The notes under the pieces are model-generated. The model was given only the letters and a program-made list of their open reading frames with translations. It was not told where the DNA came from and searched no databases. This document shows positions 38,352 to 47,333 of a stretch of 64,000 nt of DNA, piece by piece. Source of the stretch: a virus. The stretch is from IMG/VR virus record IMGVR_UViG_3300033148_002257, positions 6,280 to 70,279 of that record. One strand, written 5' to 3'. Numbering within the stretch: position 1 is the stretch's first letter; every line of letters begins with the position of its first letter. The position numbers and the translations under genes were made by a program.

Positions 38352-38578
38352 TATTTTTTATCCTGTTTTAGCTTTGCCCAAGTTGAAGCAATTTCATCGT
38401 CAATTTCCTTTTGAGATTTCAACAAATCCTGATACTGCCTTTCAAGCCTGTTTACACCGCGTTTATAATCGTTACTTTCCGCGTTCGCTAACCGTATAAT
38501 ATACACCTGTCGCAATAGTTGACCTAACAATGCAGCTTGTGCTTCCCGATCCAGAATGGTTCGGTCACGTGAATCCAT
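38351..38578 (-). CDS. tail assembly chaperone frameshift extension (gpT-like)
   Basis: Reached in frame by -1 slippage at G GGA AAC with no stop in between. Confidence 0.75.
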   Translation of the reverse strand: MDSRDRTILDREAQAALLGQLLRQVYIIRLANAESNDYKRGVNRLERQYQDLLKSQKEIDDEIASTWAKLKQDKK

Positions 38579-38625
38579 ACGGTTTAGAAGTTCAAAAGAA
38601 AATAAGCCCGGAAAAGCCGCAGCAA

Positions 38626-38961
38626 CTATTCCGTCGCGCCTGAACCGGGCTTTGACTCGTTTCCCTCTTCGCCTTCACCACTCATTTGTTTGCTGATTTT
38701 ATCAACAACAAACTGAGCAACAAGCATCTTCTGACGAACATCTACGTTTTCAAAATGTTTAGCATCTTTACCAAACATAATTCCCAACTGTCGATTAAGA
38801 ACATTAGTATCAGGGTCTTTTTTATCGTCTTGCGTAAGATTAATAATATCAGTCATCATTTTATCTGTAACAACTGAAATAGTATAATCTTCGCCACCAA
38901 AATTCTTAATCTCAATTGGTTCAAACTGCGTAGCATATTCATTTAGATCAAAAGTAGGCAC
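38626..38961 (-). CDS. tail assembly chaperone (gpG-like)
   Basis: Between tail tube and TMP; slippery heptamer near the 3' end. Confidence 0.8.
   Translation of the reverse strand: MPTFDLNEYATQFEPIEIKNFGGEDYTISVVTDKMMTDIINLTQDDKKDPDTNVLNRQLGIMFGKDAKHFENVDVRQKMLVAQFVVDKISKQMSGEGEEGNESKPGSGATE
38659..38665 (-). other. programmed -1 frameshift site GGGAAAC
   Basis: X XXY YYZ in the correct frame; downstream AAGCCCGG/CCGGGCTT stem. Confidence 0.8.
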
Positions 38962-39002
38962 AAGTTATACCCCCTTCTTTTTTTAAACCAACTTCACAAC
39001 TA

Positions 39003-39527
39003 TTATGAAGTTTCGCCATATCCAATTGCACCATAATCGCCAGCTTCATACGTCTCGCCAGACGGCACTGTTACAACTTCATAACATCTAAACACAGCGT
39101 GCGTTACACGTTGGGTCGCAGCGTCAAACGTCCATTCCGACACATTCCTTGGACTAGCAACGAAATATGTCAGATAATCTTCCGCATCCGTCGAAACCGC
39201 ACCGTCTTTATACGGTCGAAGTTCCAAATGATGTGCGTTATCTCGCATAGACGTTCCTACAGGCGTTGCGATCATTAACTCGCTGGAAGTAACTGTAGAC
39301 GCAGGAATAACATCTTCAAGTTCCGTCAACGAACTTAAAGCCAAATCCATTTCAACTTCAATTACACGACCAGTTATAATATCGTCATACGATGCCGTTC
39401 CATGTTGTGCGGTATGAACAGGCGCAGTTTCGTCTGTCATTCTAGCTACAACATTTAGATTATCGCCAAGTGACACATCGTTAAAATATACGTCACATGG
39501 CCCTAAATTTCCTATAGGAAGCTCCAT
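39003..39527 (-). CDS. major tail tube protein
   Basis: LGPCDVYFNDVSLG; position in the tail module. Confidence 0.75.
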   Translation of the reverse strand: MELPIGNLGPCDVYFNDVSLGDNLNVVARMTDETAPVHTAQHGTASYDDIITGRVIEVEMDLALSSLTELEDVIPASTVTSSELMIATPVGTSMRDNAHHLELRPYKDGAVSTDAEDYLTYFVASPRNVSEWTFDAATQRVTHAVFRCYEVVTVPSGETYEAGDYGAIGYGETS

Positions 39528-39553
39528 ATTACCTTTTTATCTCCTTTACTCGT

Positions 39554-39964
39554 TTACCCATCTTCTATATGCATAACATAGTTAGCTGTGAACTCGTCCC
39601 TATTTCTGTCATCTTCCCCTAACCATGCAGGTTTTGTCCCTTCACAACTATTTATTCGATAGGTATTTCCGCCAGACGTTATTGCTGGTAACAATATACC
39701 AGCGTTACTTTTCCCACAAAGTATATTGTGAACTGTTAAAGCGTGAGTTTCCGCTGTATGATAATCCGTGCTACGTGTTAGAACCTGTATAAACGCAGTT
39801 TCAGTATGGTTTTTGTCAAGCGCGAAATTGACAAGAGACCCTACCCGCTGTAACAGCGTTATACACGTATCCGGCGCATCTTGCGGTCGGCTACCAGAAA
39901 ACAAGTTCGTTCCAATAACCCAACTCGTATTGTTCTCAATATACTGAGCAAGCTCTTTAATCAC
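39554..39964 (-). CDS. tail terminator / completion protein
   Basis: IGTNLF, PD.CI.L, IQVLTRS..Y, LGEDDRNR.EFTANY. Confidence 0.75.
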   Translation of the reverse strand: MIKELAQYIENNTSWVIGTNLFSGSRPQDAPDTCITLLQRVGSLVNFALDKNHTETAFIQVLTRSTDYHTAETHALTVHNILCGKSNAGILLPAITSGGNTYRINSCEGTKPAWLGEDDRNRDEFTANYVMHIEDG

Positions 39965-39965
39965 G

Positions 39966-40475
39966 TTACCGTCCTCGAACAGACTTTCTAAGTTCGTTCA
40001 TAGCTATTTCAAAATACTTTTGCGCGTTATGGTACAAAGGTTTTTCAAGATACTTCGCACCGGCACCAATTTTAGTGTACCGTAACGGTTTACCAGAAAA
40101 CCTGCTTATACCTTCATGCTGGTACGCAGCATACGCCTCTAAAAACGCTACAGTCGCAACCGTTTCTTTATCAGGTTGTAAACTATCTACAGGTCTAGCG
40201 TTCTCCTGAGACTGTGCATATGCAGAACGTTGTCCTGAACTGAACGGAGACCGCGACACAAGTTCGTTATCAACCCACAACGTTCCGCTAGCCCGTAACG
40301 TACCCATATATATAGGCGCCTGCGGTAACTCAAAAATGGCGTCAGATAATAGTTGTTGACCAGCCCGTTTCATAGCATTTTTCTGGCTATCTTTACCAGT
40401 CATCGCAACATCAACTCTATCCATATCATGCATAAACCTGCTAAAATCTATTGTCATACCACTTTGACCAGCCAT
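39966..40475 (-). CDS. neck/tail completion protein (HK97 gp10-like)
   Basis: AP...GTLRASG, YAAYQHEG, AKYLEKPL. Confidence 0.8.
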   Translation of the reverse strand: MAGQSGMTIDFSRFMHDMDRVDVAMTGKDSQKNAMKRAGQQLLSDAIFELPQAPIYMGTLRASGTLWVDNELVSRSPFSSGQRSAYAQSQENARPVDSLQPDKETVATVAFLEAYAAYQHEGISRFSGKPLRYTKIGAGAKYLEKPLYHNAQKYFEIAMNELRKSVRGR

Positions 40476-40777
40476 TATCGCAAATATATCCTCATAGCCT
40501 GATCGTCAAAATCTTTTAACTTCTGCCACCTGATTATACCATATTCTGTTCCGTCAAGCAACACTTTATCTTCATGAGTCACCGTTCGAGGCGATATAAC
40601 AACCTGTACACGAGACACCTCTTCGTTACCATCGAAATCAGTAACCATAACCGTTTCATATTCAACTCGCGCGTCTACCACAATTTGTGTTCCGCTACCT
40701 GTTGGCGTACCCCATTTGTCTTTAACAGGTTCTTGTACTAACGTTACAGCATCTTTATCTAAATATGATTCAATCAT
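40475..40777 (-). CDS. head closure / head-tail joining protein
   Basis: DKWGTP, DGNEEVS, D...DGTEY.I. Confidence 0.75.
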   Translation of the reverse strand: MIESYLDKDAVTLVQEPVKDKWGTPTGSGTQIVVDARVEYETVMVTDFDGNEEVSRVQVVISPRTVTHEDKVLLDGTEYGIIRWQKLKDFDDQAMRIYLR

Positions 40778-40808
40778 TTCTATATTATCCTATCATTCTT
40801 ATTTTAGA

Positions 40809-40837
40809 ATTATACAAAATCGACACTAATCTGTCAA
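40809..40837 (-). promoter_or_regulatory. consensus sigma70 promoter restarting the tail genes after the glycosylation cluster
   Basis: TTGACA-17 nt-TATAAT. Confidence 0.75.
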
Positions 40838-40893
40838 GACTAAACGCTTTGCTAAACTATTAACTTGCCAGAAATGAGAAAACTGTGTCACAA

Positions 40894-41820
40894 CTAATGT
40901 AACTTACACGTATTAACTAGAACCTGTGTAACTGTAACACCAAGTGCAGAATTATCTATATCTAAACTGCTATTTTCTAAAACATCTTTAAAATACTTAG
41001 CTGTATATGCTAGATTGTTCGTTTCATCGCTATAATATATCTTTCCTCGTCTAACTATAATCTGCGACTCTCGATCAAACCACGTTACATGTAACGATGG
41101 TTTAGTTTCCATACGATATTTTATTTTGCCATATGTACCTAATATAGTTACACCCATATGTTTTGCTGGATATATGCTAGATGCCAGCATTTGACCTGTT
41201 ATATCGTTATTAGAAAAGTTGATTATTCCAATACCTTCGTATGGTTTATACAGTTCAGTAAACTCAAACCCGTCTAAATCAGCAAACATGTCAATTATAG
41301 ATAACAAATGCGAAAACTTCGACGCGAGTAATTGATTATCTGTAAACCCATCTCTACGCGATAATTTAACTTCACGCATTAAACTCAAATCTATGTATCG
41401 TATATCGCCAATTGTGCCGCTAGACACTATACGCACAGCTTCTTGTAAAGCATATGAAAAACTATGAGTAAAATCAACAGCTAAATGTAAGTTTCGTAAC
41501 AGAGATTCGTTTCGTAACTCTATAGCTTGTTGAACGTTTAATGTTAAAGGTTTTTCACATAACACATGTTTACCACACTTAAAAGCTGCCATTACAATAT
41601 CGTAATGAGTTTTCATCGGGGTAGCAATTACAACAGCTTCTACATCGCTATCCCATATTAGTTGTATATTGTTAATAAACCGATTATGCGGACTAATAGA
41701 CCTGCCAAACACATATTGTACGTTAAACAATTGATCCAGATACGGTAACATAATTTTGCCCCAGTACCCGTATCCTATAAGTGCTATCTTTCTTTTTTGA
41801 ACCATTCCTGTTTTCCCCAT
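40894..41820 (-). CDS. Gfo/Idh/MocA NAD-dependent oxidoreductase
   Basis: IALIGYGYWG, VVIATP..TH, KHVLCEKP. Confidence 0.9.
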   Translation of the reverse strand: MGKTGMVQKRKIALIGYGYWGKIMLPYLDQLFNVQYVFGRSISPHNRFINNIQLIWDSDVEAVVIATPMKTHYDIVMAAFKCGKHVLCEKPLTLNVQQAIELRNESLLRNLHLAVDFTHSFSYALQEAVRIVSSGTIGDIRYIDLSLMREVKLSRRDGFTDNQLLASKFSHLLSIIDMFADLDGFEFTELYKPYEGIGIINFSNNDITGQMLASSIYPAKHMGVTILGTYGKIKYRMETKPSLHVTWFDRESQIIVRRGKIYYSDETNNLAYTAKYFKDVLENSSLDIDNSALGVTVTQVLVNTCKLH

Positions 41821-42461
41821 CGGTAATTATCATAACAATTAACAATTATCTTATCCAAAAACCCGATTCGTGCGCCAGTTTTCTTTATCCGACTCCACAT
41901 ATCCCAGTCTGTTGGAACCTTTTTGTCTCTATAACTATAAGAATCATACCGCATATGTCCTAATTTGCTAGCGTTATACAATACCGCAGCATGTTTTATA
42001 TGGCCACGTTCTAACGGCCACCGACCTATAACACGATTTCCTGACGACCATCCGGTACATCTAGCTTTACCATACACAAAATCGTATTTACCGTTCTGTG
42101 CAAACCGTAATAGTTCTTCAATACCTTCTGGAACAACTTCGTCATCGTCGTCTAACGGGAAAATCCATTTCCCTTCTGCTATATTTAGTCCTTTGTTACG
42201 AGGATACGCGCTACCAGCTTTCCATCGCGCAATACCTTCTTGTAACGCTACAGGATTAGAGTCAGGTAACACAACCCAAATAAGCCGTTTATCAACTATT
42301 CCAGGAATCTGTTTAAGAGTATCGTTATTTTTACTGCCATCTACTACTATAATAACTTCCAAGTTTTTGTACGTTTGGCTTAAAACAGACCGAACAGCAA
42401 CATAAATTAACGAATCTGTACCGTTATACGTGGGTATAATTACACTAACGAGTGGCTCCAT
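41784..42461 (-). CDS. glycosyltransferase family 2
   Basis: VSVIIPTYN, VVDGS, RNKGL, PLDDDD, DWDMW. Confidence 0.9.
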   Translation of the reverse strand: MEPLVSVIIPTYNGTDSLIYVAVRSVLSQTYKNLEVIIVVDGSKNNDTLKQIPGIVDKRLIWVVLPDSNPVALQEGIARWKAGSAYPRNKGLNIAEGKWIFPLDDDDEVVPEGIEELLRFAQNGKYDFVYGKARCTGWSSGNRVIGRWPLERGHIKHAAVLYNASKLGHMRYDSYSYRDKKVPTDWDMWSRIKKTGARIGFLDKIIVNCYDNYRWGKQEWFKKER

Positions 42462-43602
42462 TTTTGTACACATCTCTCCATGCATTATTAATTTCAACTG
42501 CACATCTATTACACCGACAATTGTTTTTTACACACGTTTCAGGTTTCCAGTCCGGCGATTGGTTACGACGTACCATATCACGAAACTTATCAAGATCATC
42601 TGTAATTTTGCCAAGTCGGTTAAACGCCATTGACGGGCTAGCTGCGCTAGAACATCGATATACATATCCGTCCGCACCGAACGTTATTTGAAAGTATCCA
42701 AACAGACAATATTCATATCGCATCTGGTCTACATCTTGTGCTTCCGGCGTTATCCAAAATATAAACGGTTTTTCATTGTTATCTTTAGACAAATACGGTT
42801 TAATCAATTCATATTTAGGTACACGTAACGGTACTTCAACCGCAGCTTTATACTTTCGCACTTCATCAAAAGGTTTATTATAATTGTCATATGGAATAGA
42901 AAATCGTAACGAATCTACGCCTATTTCTTTAGATAACCGCACTATATTAGCGATTTCTTCTGGCGATGAGTTCCATTCATTCATAAGATATACAATACGT
43001 AACGTCGGATAATCTTTGTTACCACGTAACTTAGCCGCTAACGCCATACCTTCAATAATACTGTCAAACCAATTCTTTTTAAGTCGTTTACTTTTCATAT
43101 GACTTTCTGGAAACCCCGCGTCAAGACTACAACTCAAATAATCCTGCGGCGACGTTGCAAGTTCACAATATTCTGATATTAACCCTTCATTTCCCTGTCG
43201 TTCCATTAACAGCGACCCGTTTGTATGTGTACCAAAATACGAACCATACTTTTTCGTTAACCGCATCAACGGCATAAGATCAGGACTAAGTAACGGTTCT
43301 GTATATTGGCCGCCAACAACTATAAACGGTATAACTCCGTTAAGTTTTTTAACCAACGAAAATGCTAACGGCACCCAACTGTCATCTACAACCTGATCGT
43401 AATATCGACCTTGACAATGTAAACAATGAAAATTACATCCGCGTTTACCGTCTCCTGGTAAATGAATGTCCAACTGGCGCGGATACACTAATTTGTCCGT
43501 AAATATACAACTTAAATCGCCACCTAAATAGTCTTTTAACAACTCAAAATAATAATAGTTAGTTGGCCGATCCGAATCCGTTATAAACTTTTCAACTTGC
43601 AT
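42445..43602 (-). CDS. radical SAM enzyme with SPASM/twitch domain
   Basis: CNFHCLHC, GG..EPL, TNG, SLDAG, C...ADGYVYRC...C..CRC. Confidence 0.9.
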   Translation of the reverse strand: MQVEKFITDSDRPTNYYYFELLKDYLGGDLSCIFTDKLVYPRQLDIHLPGDGKRGCNFHCLHCQGRYYDQVVDDSWVPLAFSLVKKLNGVIPFIVVGGQYTEPLLSPDLMPLMRLTKKYGSYFGTHTNGSLLMERQGNEGLISEYCELATSPQDYLSCSLDAGFPESHMKSKRLKKNWFDSIIEGMALAAKLRGNKDYPTLRIVYLMNEWNSSPEEIANIVRLSKEIGVDSLRFSIPYDNYNKPFDEVRKYKAAVEVPLRVPKYELIKPYLSKDNNEKPFIFWITPEAQDVDQMRYEYCLFGYFQITFGADGYVYRCSSAASPSMAFNRLGKITDDLDKFRDMVRRNQSPDWKPETCVKNNCRCNRCAVEINNAWRDVYKNGATR

Positions 43603-44347
43603 TTCGTTGTTCCTTCCTTTCTTTTCGCTTTTTCTGTAACAATAATTTAGATTCATGCTGAATACGTTTACGTTCTGGAATCAGTTTCATTGTTGCGCCA
43701 TGATCGTGATATACAAAACAGTTAAGACAAACATGAGTAACATATCCCGCTTCACGAATCCGGTCAGTTAAATCATTATCGCCACCTCCGATTCTGAACC
43801 TATCATCATACCAACCAACTTCAGATACTATTTTACGTCGCATTAAAGAACAAAAGTTAGAAACGTTACCAGACGTTGTAAACGAACAGGAAGATAAACT
43901 ATTAAAAAACGTTTCGGGATCTTTATCACTTGTATATCCAACTTTCGTACCCGCTTTGTCAATCCTGCATATTGAAGCAATATGATCTGTTACAGGTGCA
44001 ACAAGCGCAATTTTGGCGTCTAAACGAATTATAGTTAGCAGTTTATTTAACCATCCGTCTGTAACTATTACATCATTGTTCATCAACACAAAAAACTCAG
44101 AATCACCTAATTTCATACCATAATTAACTGCAACAGCAAAACCATAGTTTCGATCAAGTGCATTAAAAATATATGGTACATCTAAACTCGATAACAATGA
44201 AACTACATTATTAACATTCTGTTTATTTTCCGTTCCATCATCTATTAATACAATCCGATAATCAGAATGAGTATATTTTTTTATAGCTTTCAGACACCGA
44301 CATGTAAGATCAGTAGTTATATATTGTGGAATAATAATATCTACCAT
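43592..44347 (-). CDS. glycosyltransferase family 2
   Basis: DIIIP, IDDG, NYGFAVAVNYG, MNND, VGWYDDRF, FVYH. Confidence 0.9.
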   Translation of the reverse strand: MVDIIIPQYITTDLTCRCLKAIKKYTHSDYRIVLIDDGTENKQNVNNVVSLLSSLDVPYIFNALDRNYGFAVAVNYGMKLGDSEFFVLMNNDVIVTDGWLNKLLTIIRLDAKIALVAPVTDHIASICRIDKAGTKVGYTSDKDPETFFNSLSSCSFTTSGNVSNFCSLMRRKIVSEVGWYDDRFRIGGGDNDLTDRIREAGYVTHVCLNCFVYHDHGATMKLIPERKRIQHESKLLLQKKRKERKEQRNAS

Positions 44348-44376
44348 TACTATAAAAGTTCCTTGATATACGACAA

Positions 44377-45093
44377 TTATAACTCTTTTACCCCAAAATC
44401 TTTCAGAATCGCTAACACAGAATCATGATCTGTAACAATCAAATCACGTTCTTGCGGTAACAGTTTGTCTCGAACATGAGGTGATGTAGCAGAGTAATTT
44501 CGACTTTTATGATGTTTAATAACACACACCCGATGTTGAGATAATATTTTAGCACCTTTTCCTTTTCCGCCAGCTTCACTAAACGGTACAAAATGTTGAC
44601 TACTAAACTTTTTCCATTGGCTATATATTTTATAAGGGAACGTATGAGTAAAAAACGGTGTTGTAGGTCGATGATACGACCATATTCGTTGCGTTTCCTG
44701 ATCCCATACAAGATTTCTACGCCACTGAAGACATTTTCTTTTATCCTCTAAAACAACGTTATCTCGAACTTCTTCCATCGCAGTTTTACGAAACATATCG
44801 TCAGAATCAATTCGCGTTATACAAACGTGAGTTGTGTTCATAGACATATACCGTCGTTTACCCATATCATAACATACTTTAACCCGTTTATCCCACGGAT
44901 ACGACATAGTTACTGATTTATGTTTCTGTCCACACAGAACAAATATCTCAAAATCCTGAAACGACTGGTTTTTAAGGCTAGGTAACGTATATTTATGAAA
45001 AAAATCTATACGTTCTTCTACCCATTGCCGAGACAAATTCACGTTCGGCCACGACATATCCAAAAAAACCTGGACTATAAAAGTTACAGACAT
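44377..45093 (-). CDS. GT-A glycosyltransferase (putative rhamnosyltransferase-like family)
   Basis: R...F..YTLPSLKNQSFQDF, TRIDSDD; paralog of the next gene. Confidence 0.75.
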   Translation of the reverse strand: MSVTFIVQVFLDMSWPNVNLSRQWVEERIDFFHKYTLPSLKNQSFQDFEIFVLCGQKHKSVTMSYPWDKRVKVCYDMGKRRYMSMNTTHVCITRIDSDDMFRKTAMEEVRDNVVLEDKRKCLQWRRNLVWDQETQRIWSYHRPTTPFFTHTFPYKIYSQWKKFSSQHFVPFSEAGGKGKGAKILSQHRVCVIKHHKSRNYSATSPHVRDKLLPQERDLIVTDHDSVLAILKDFGVKEL

Positions 45094-45103
45094 AAATATA
45101 TTC

Positions 45104-45853
45104 TTATACCATCCACGGTTTAACGCCAAAATCTTTTAATATTTTTACTACATCATCTAACAAAATAGCTAACAACCGACCTTCTTTTAACTTTTTCTCT
45201 TTTTCTGCCCAGTCTATAGGCGGTTGCGTTGCTTTTGGGTTTGTCAACTTAATAACGCCATGATCATGTTTAATCACACATATTTTATGTTCCGATAGTT
45301 CTATTGCGCTAGATAAAGTTGAACCTGCACGATAACCATGAGATACATAATGTTCCGTACAAAACCGTTTAAAATCCTTATATATACGTCTAGGAAATAT
45401 ATGCGTATGAAACGGTGGACCAGACCGATAAAAAGTGTCAATATAAGAGTTCGTCCAACTCCATTGTATACATTTCCGAAAAATTAAACATTTACGAATA
45501 TGCGGATCGTATACTAATTTATCATGAACCTCTTGCATAGCATCTTTATGCATCATATCATCCGAATCTAACCGAGTAACTGCAACATAATCCGTATCAA
45601 GTTCCTGTAACGCTTGTTTACCTTTATCATAAACCAACTCACATCGTTCATGCCATTTAAGGTGTCTAGTACGATCAGGGTTTAACGAACTACATATAAT
45701 CCATACTCTAAAATCTTGAAACGATTGATTTAAAATGCTGTTTAACGTATATTGATGAAACAGTTTATATCGTATATTTATCCAGTCTTGCGTAATTTGA
45801 AATGTTGATCGTTCTAAATCAAACGGGATAGAGATAATATGCTGGACACTCAT
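45104..45853 (-). CDS. GT-A glycosyltransferase (putative rhamnosyltransferase-like family)
   Basis: YTLNSILNQSFQDF, TRLDSDD. Confidence 0.75.
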   Translation of the reverse strand: MSVQHIISIPFDLERSTFQITQDWINIRYKLFHQYTLNSILNQSFQDFRVWIICSSLNPDRTRHLKWHERCELVYDKGKQALQELDTDYVAVTRLDSDDMMHKDAMQEVHDKLVYDPHIRKCLIFRKCIQWSWTNSYIDTFYRSGPPFHTHIFPRRIYKDFKRFCTEHYVSHGYRAGSTLSSAIELSEHKICVIKHDHGVIKLTNPKATQPPIDWAEKEKKLKEGRLLAILLDDVVKILKDFGVKPWMV

Positions 45854-46518
45854 GTTACATCTTCAATCGTATAAAACCTGCTATTATATTTCTGTACCAC
45901 ATCCGCCATAACTCGTAACACATTTTCAAGTGGTTTATGCATATAAAATGCTACTAGACTACCTTTTTTAAGAGACTGTTCAAGCAACGCTAAATGCCGC
46001 AATTCGCCTTGTTGGTTAAGTCTACTAAAATCAAATGCACTATAAACAGAAGGAAAACTGGATATAGGATATTGCCCTCGACCACCGCGTCGTAACGTTT
46101 TGAACTTCTGTAACAGAACTTTATGACTCTCTTCGTTACAGTTACCGTACGGATACGAATAATGTTTACAAGAGAGACCATGTACCGCCATAGCTTTTAA
46201 CCCCGGATCAATATCCGCCGCTAAAAACTGTTGCCACGTTTTGAATATCGGTTCGTTTTTAAGTCGTTTATTGTTAGGATCACGTTCTTTTGTAACTTCG
46301 CCAGCACGTCGATGGTTAACGCCATGATGACCTATAACATGTCCTCGTCGTTGCAGATTCCGTAACATAGCCCATTGCATTTCTGTTAGACTGTTCATAC
46401 ACGAAACATAAAACGTAGCTTTAATTTGCAGATCGTCAAACAAAGAAACAGCGTTACACCATAACCCTATATTCTCGCCATCGTCAAAAGATAATATAAC
46501 GCCAGGACGGTCTACCAT
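45850..46518 (-). CDS. polysaccharide deacetylase (CE4/NodB)
   Basis: LSFDDG, ATFY, GHHGVNH, SYPYG, YMH. Confidence 0.9.
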   Translation of the reverse strand: MVDRPGVILSFDDGENIGLWCNAVSLFDDLQIKATFYVSCMNSLTEMQWAMLRNLQRRGHVIGHHGVNHRRAGEVTKERDPNNKRLKNEPIFKTWQQFLAADIDPGLKAMAVHGLSCKHYSYPYGNCNEESHKVLLQKFKTLRRGGRGQYPISSFPSVYSAFDFSRLNQQGELRHLALLEQSLKKGSLVAFYMHKPLENVLRVMADVVQKYNSRFYTIEDVT

Positions 46519-47177
46519 TATCCGTTATACCCCCATATTAACCCAGCTTTACGACGAGTTGCCATTAACCTATGGTCTTGTTCTCTGTACACTCGTGCTT
46601 CGTTATGCGTCTCATCCATTTCATTAGGAAAATATATCGGATGATAATGTTCAATTATAGCGCGACGATCGTATAGAAACTTGTTAAGTCGTTCTGCGTG
46701 CCAATGGACTTCCTGACATGAAAAATGAAAATAGTTAGGACAGAACAGTTGACGGTCTTTATATCTATCTAAAAACGCAGAACCTACTAAAGCTACGCCA
46801 GTAGGAGAATGAGATACAGTCTGTTTAAATCCTACTACACCGTCATCGTCTGGAAAAGTTTCGTTAAACATTTCAAAAGCATGTTCTATTGCACCTCGGA
46901 AAAAGACTATATCGTCTGTAGCATACAGAAGTCCGTCAGGTATATCTTTCATTATCACACTGTTACGCGCGTGTACTGAACCTACATGTTCTTTAATCAA
47001 ACGAATACTTATATATTCGTCACCTTCATATCGACGAGACAGATACTCGTAACTAGCTTCGTCACCGTCACAAACTATTATAGTGTGTATCCAGTCTAAA
47101 AGCGGAATAGACGTTATAGTACGTTGAAGTTTGTCAACGCGATTCCGAGTCGGAATAACTATTGTGATATGTTGCAT
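46518..47177 (-). CDS. glycosyltransferase family 2-like
   Basis: IVIPTRNR, VCDGD, ATDD, IEHYHP. Confidence 0.85.
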   Translation of the reverse strand: MQHITIVIPTRNRVDKLQRTITSIPLLDWIHTIIVCDGDEASYEYLSRRYEGDEYISIRLIKEHVGSVHARNSVIMKDIPDGLLYATDDIVFFRGAIEHAFEMFNETFPDDDGVVGFKQTVSHSPTGVALVGSAFLDRYKDRQLFCPNYFHFSCQEVHWHAERLNKFLYDRRAIIEHYHPIYFPNEMDETHNEARVYREQDHRLMATRRKAGLIWGYNG

Positions 47178-47197
47178 GATATATTCTCCTTTTTTCC

Positions 47198-47280
47198 TAA
47201 CCGAAGGGAGACACCCCCGGGAACGCTGCGCGGCTATCGCCGCTTGCTAAAGAGGGGAAGGTCGCTACCGCGACCTGGCA
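47198..47280 (-). other. hairpin element 2 of the AAGGGAGACACCCC family
   Basis: Minus strand AGGTCGC/GCGACCT hairpin, GCAA-GCGGC-GATA-GCCGC-GCAG, then GGGGTGTCTCCCTT. Confidence 0.55.
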
Positions 47281-47333
47281 AAACCAGCATACCAATTCAC
47301 CTATATCCTAATAATAGTTGATATATATAACGT

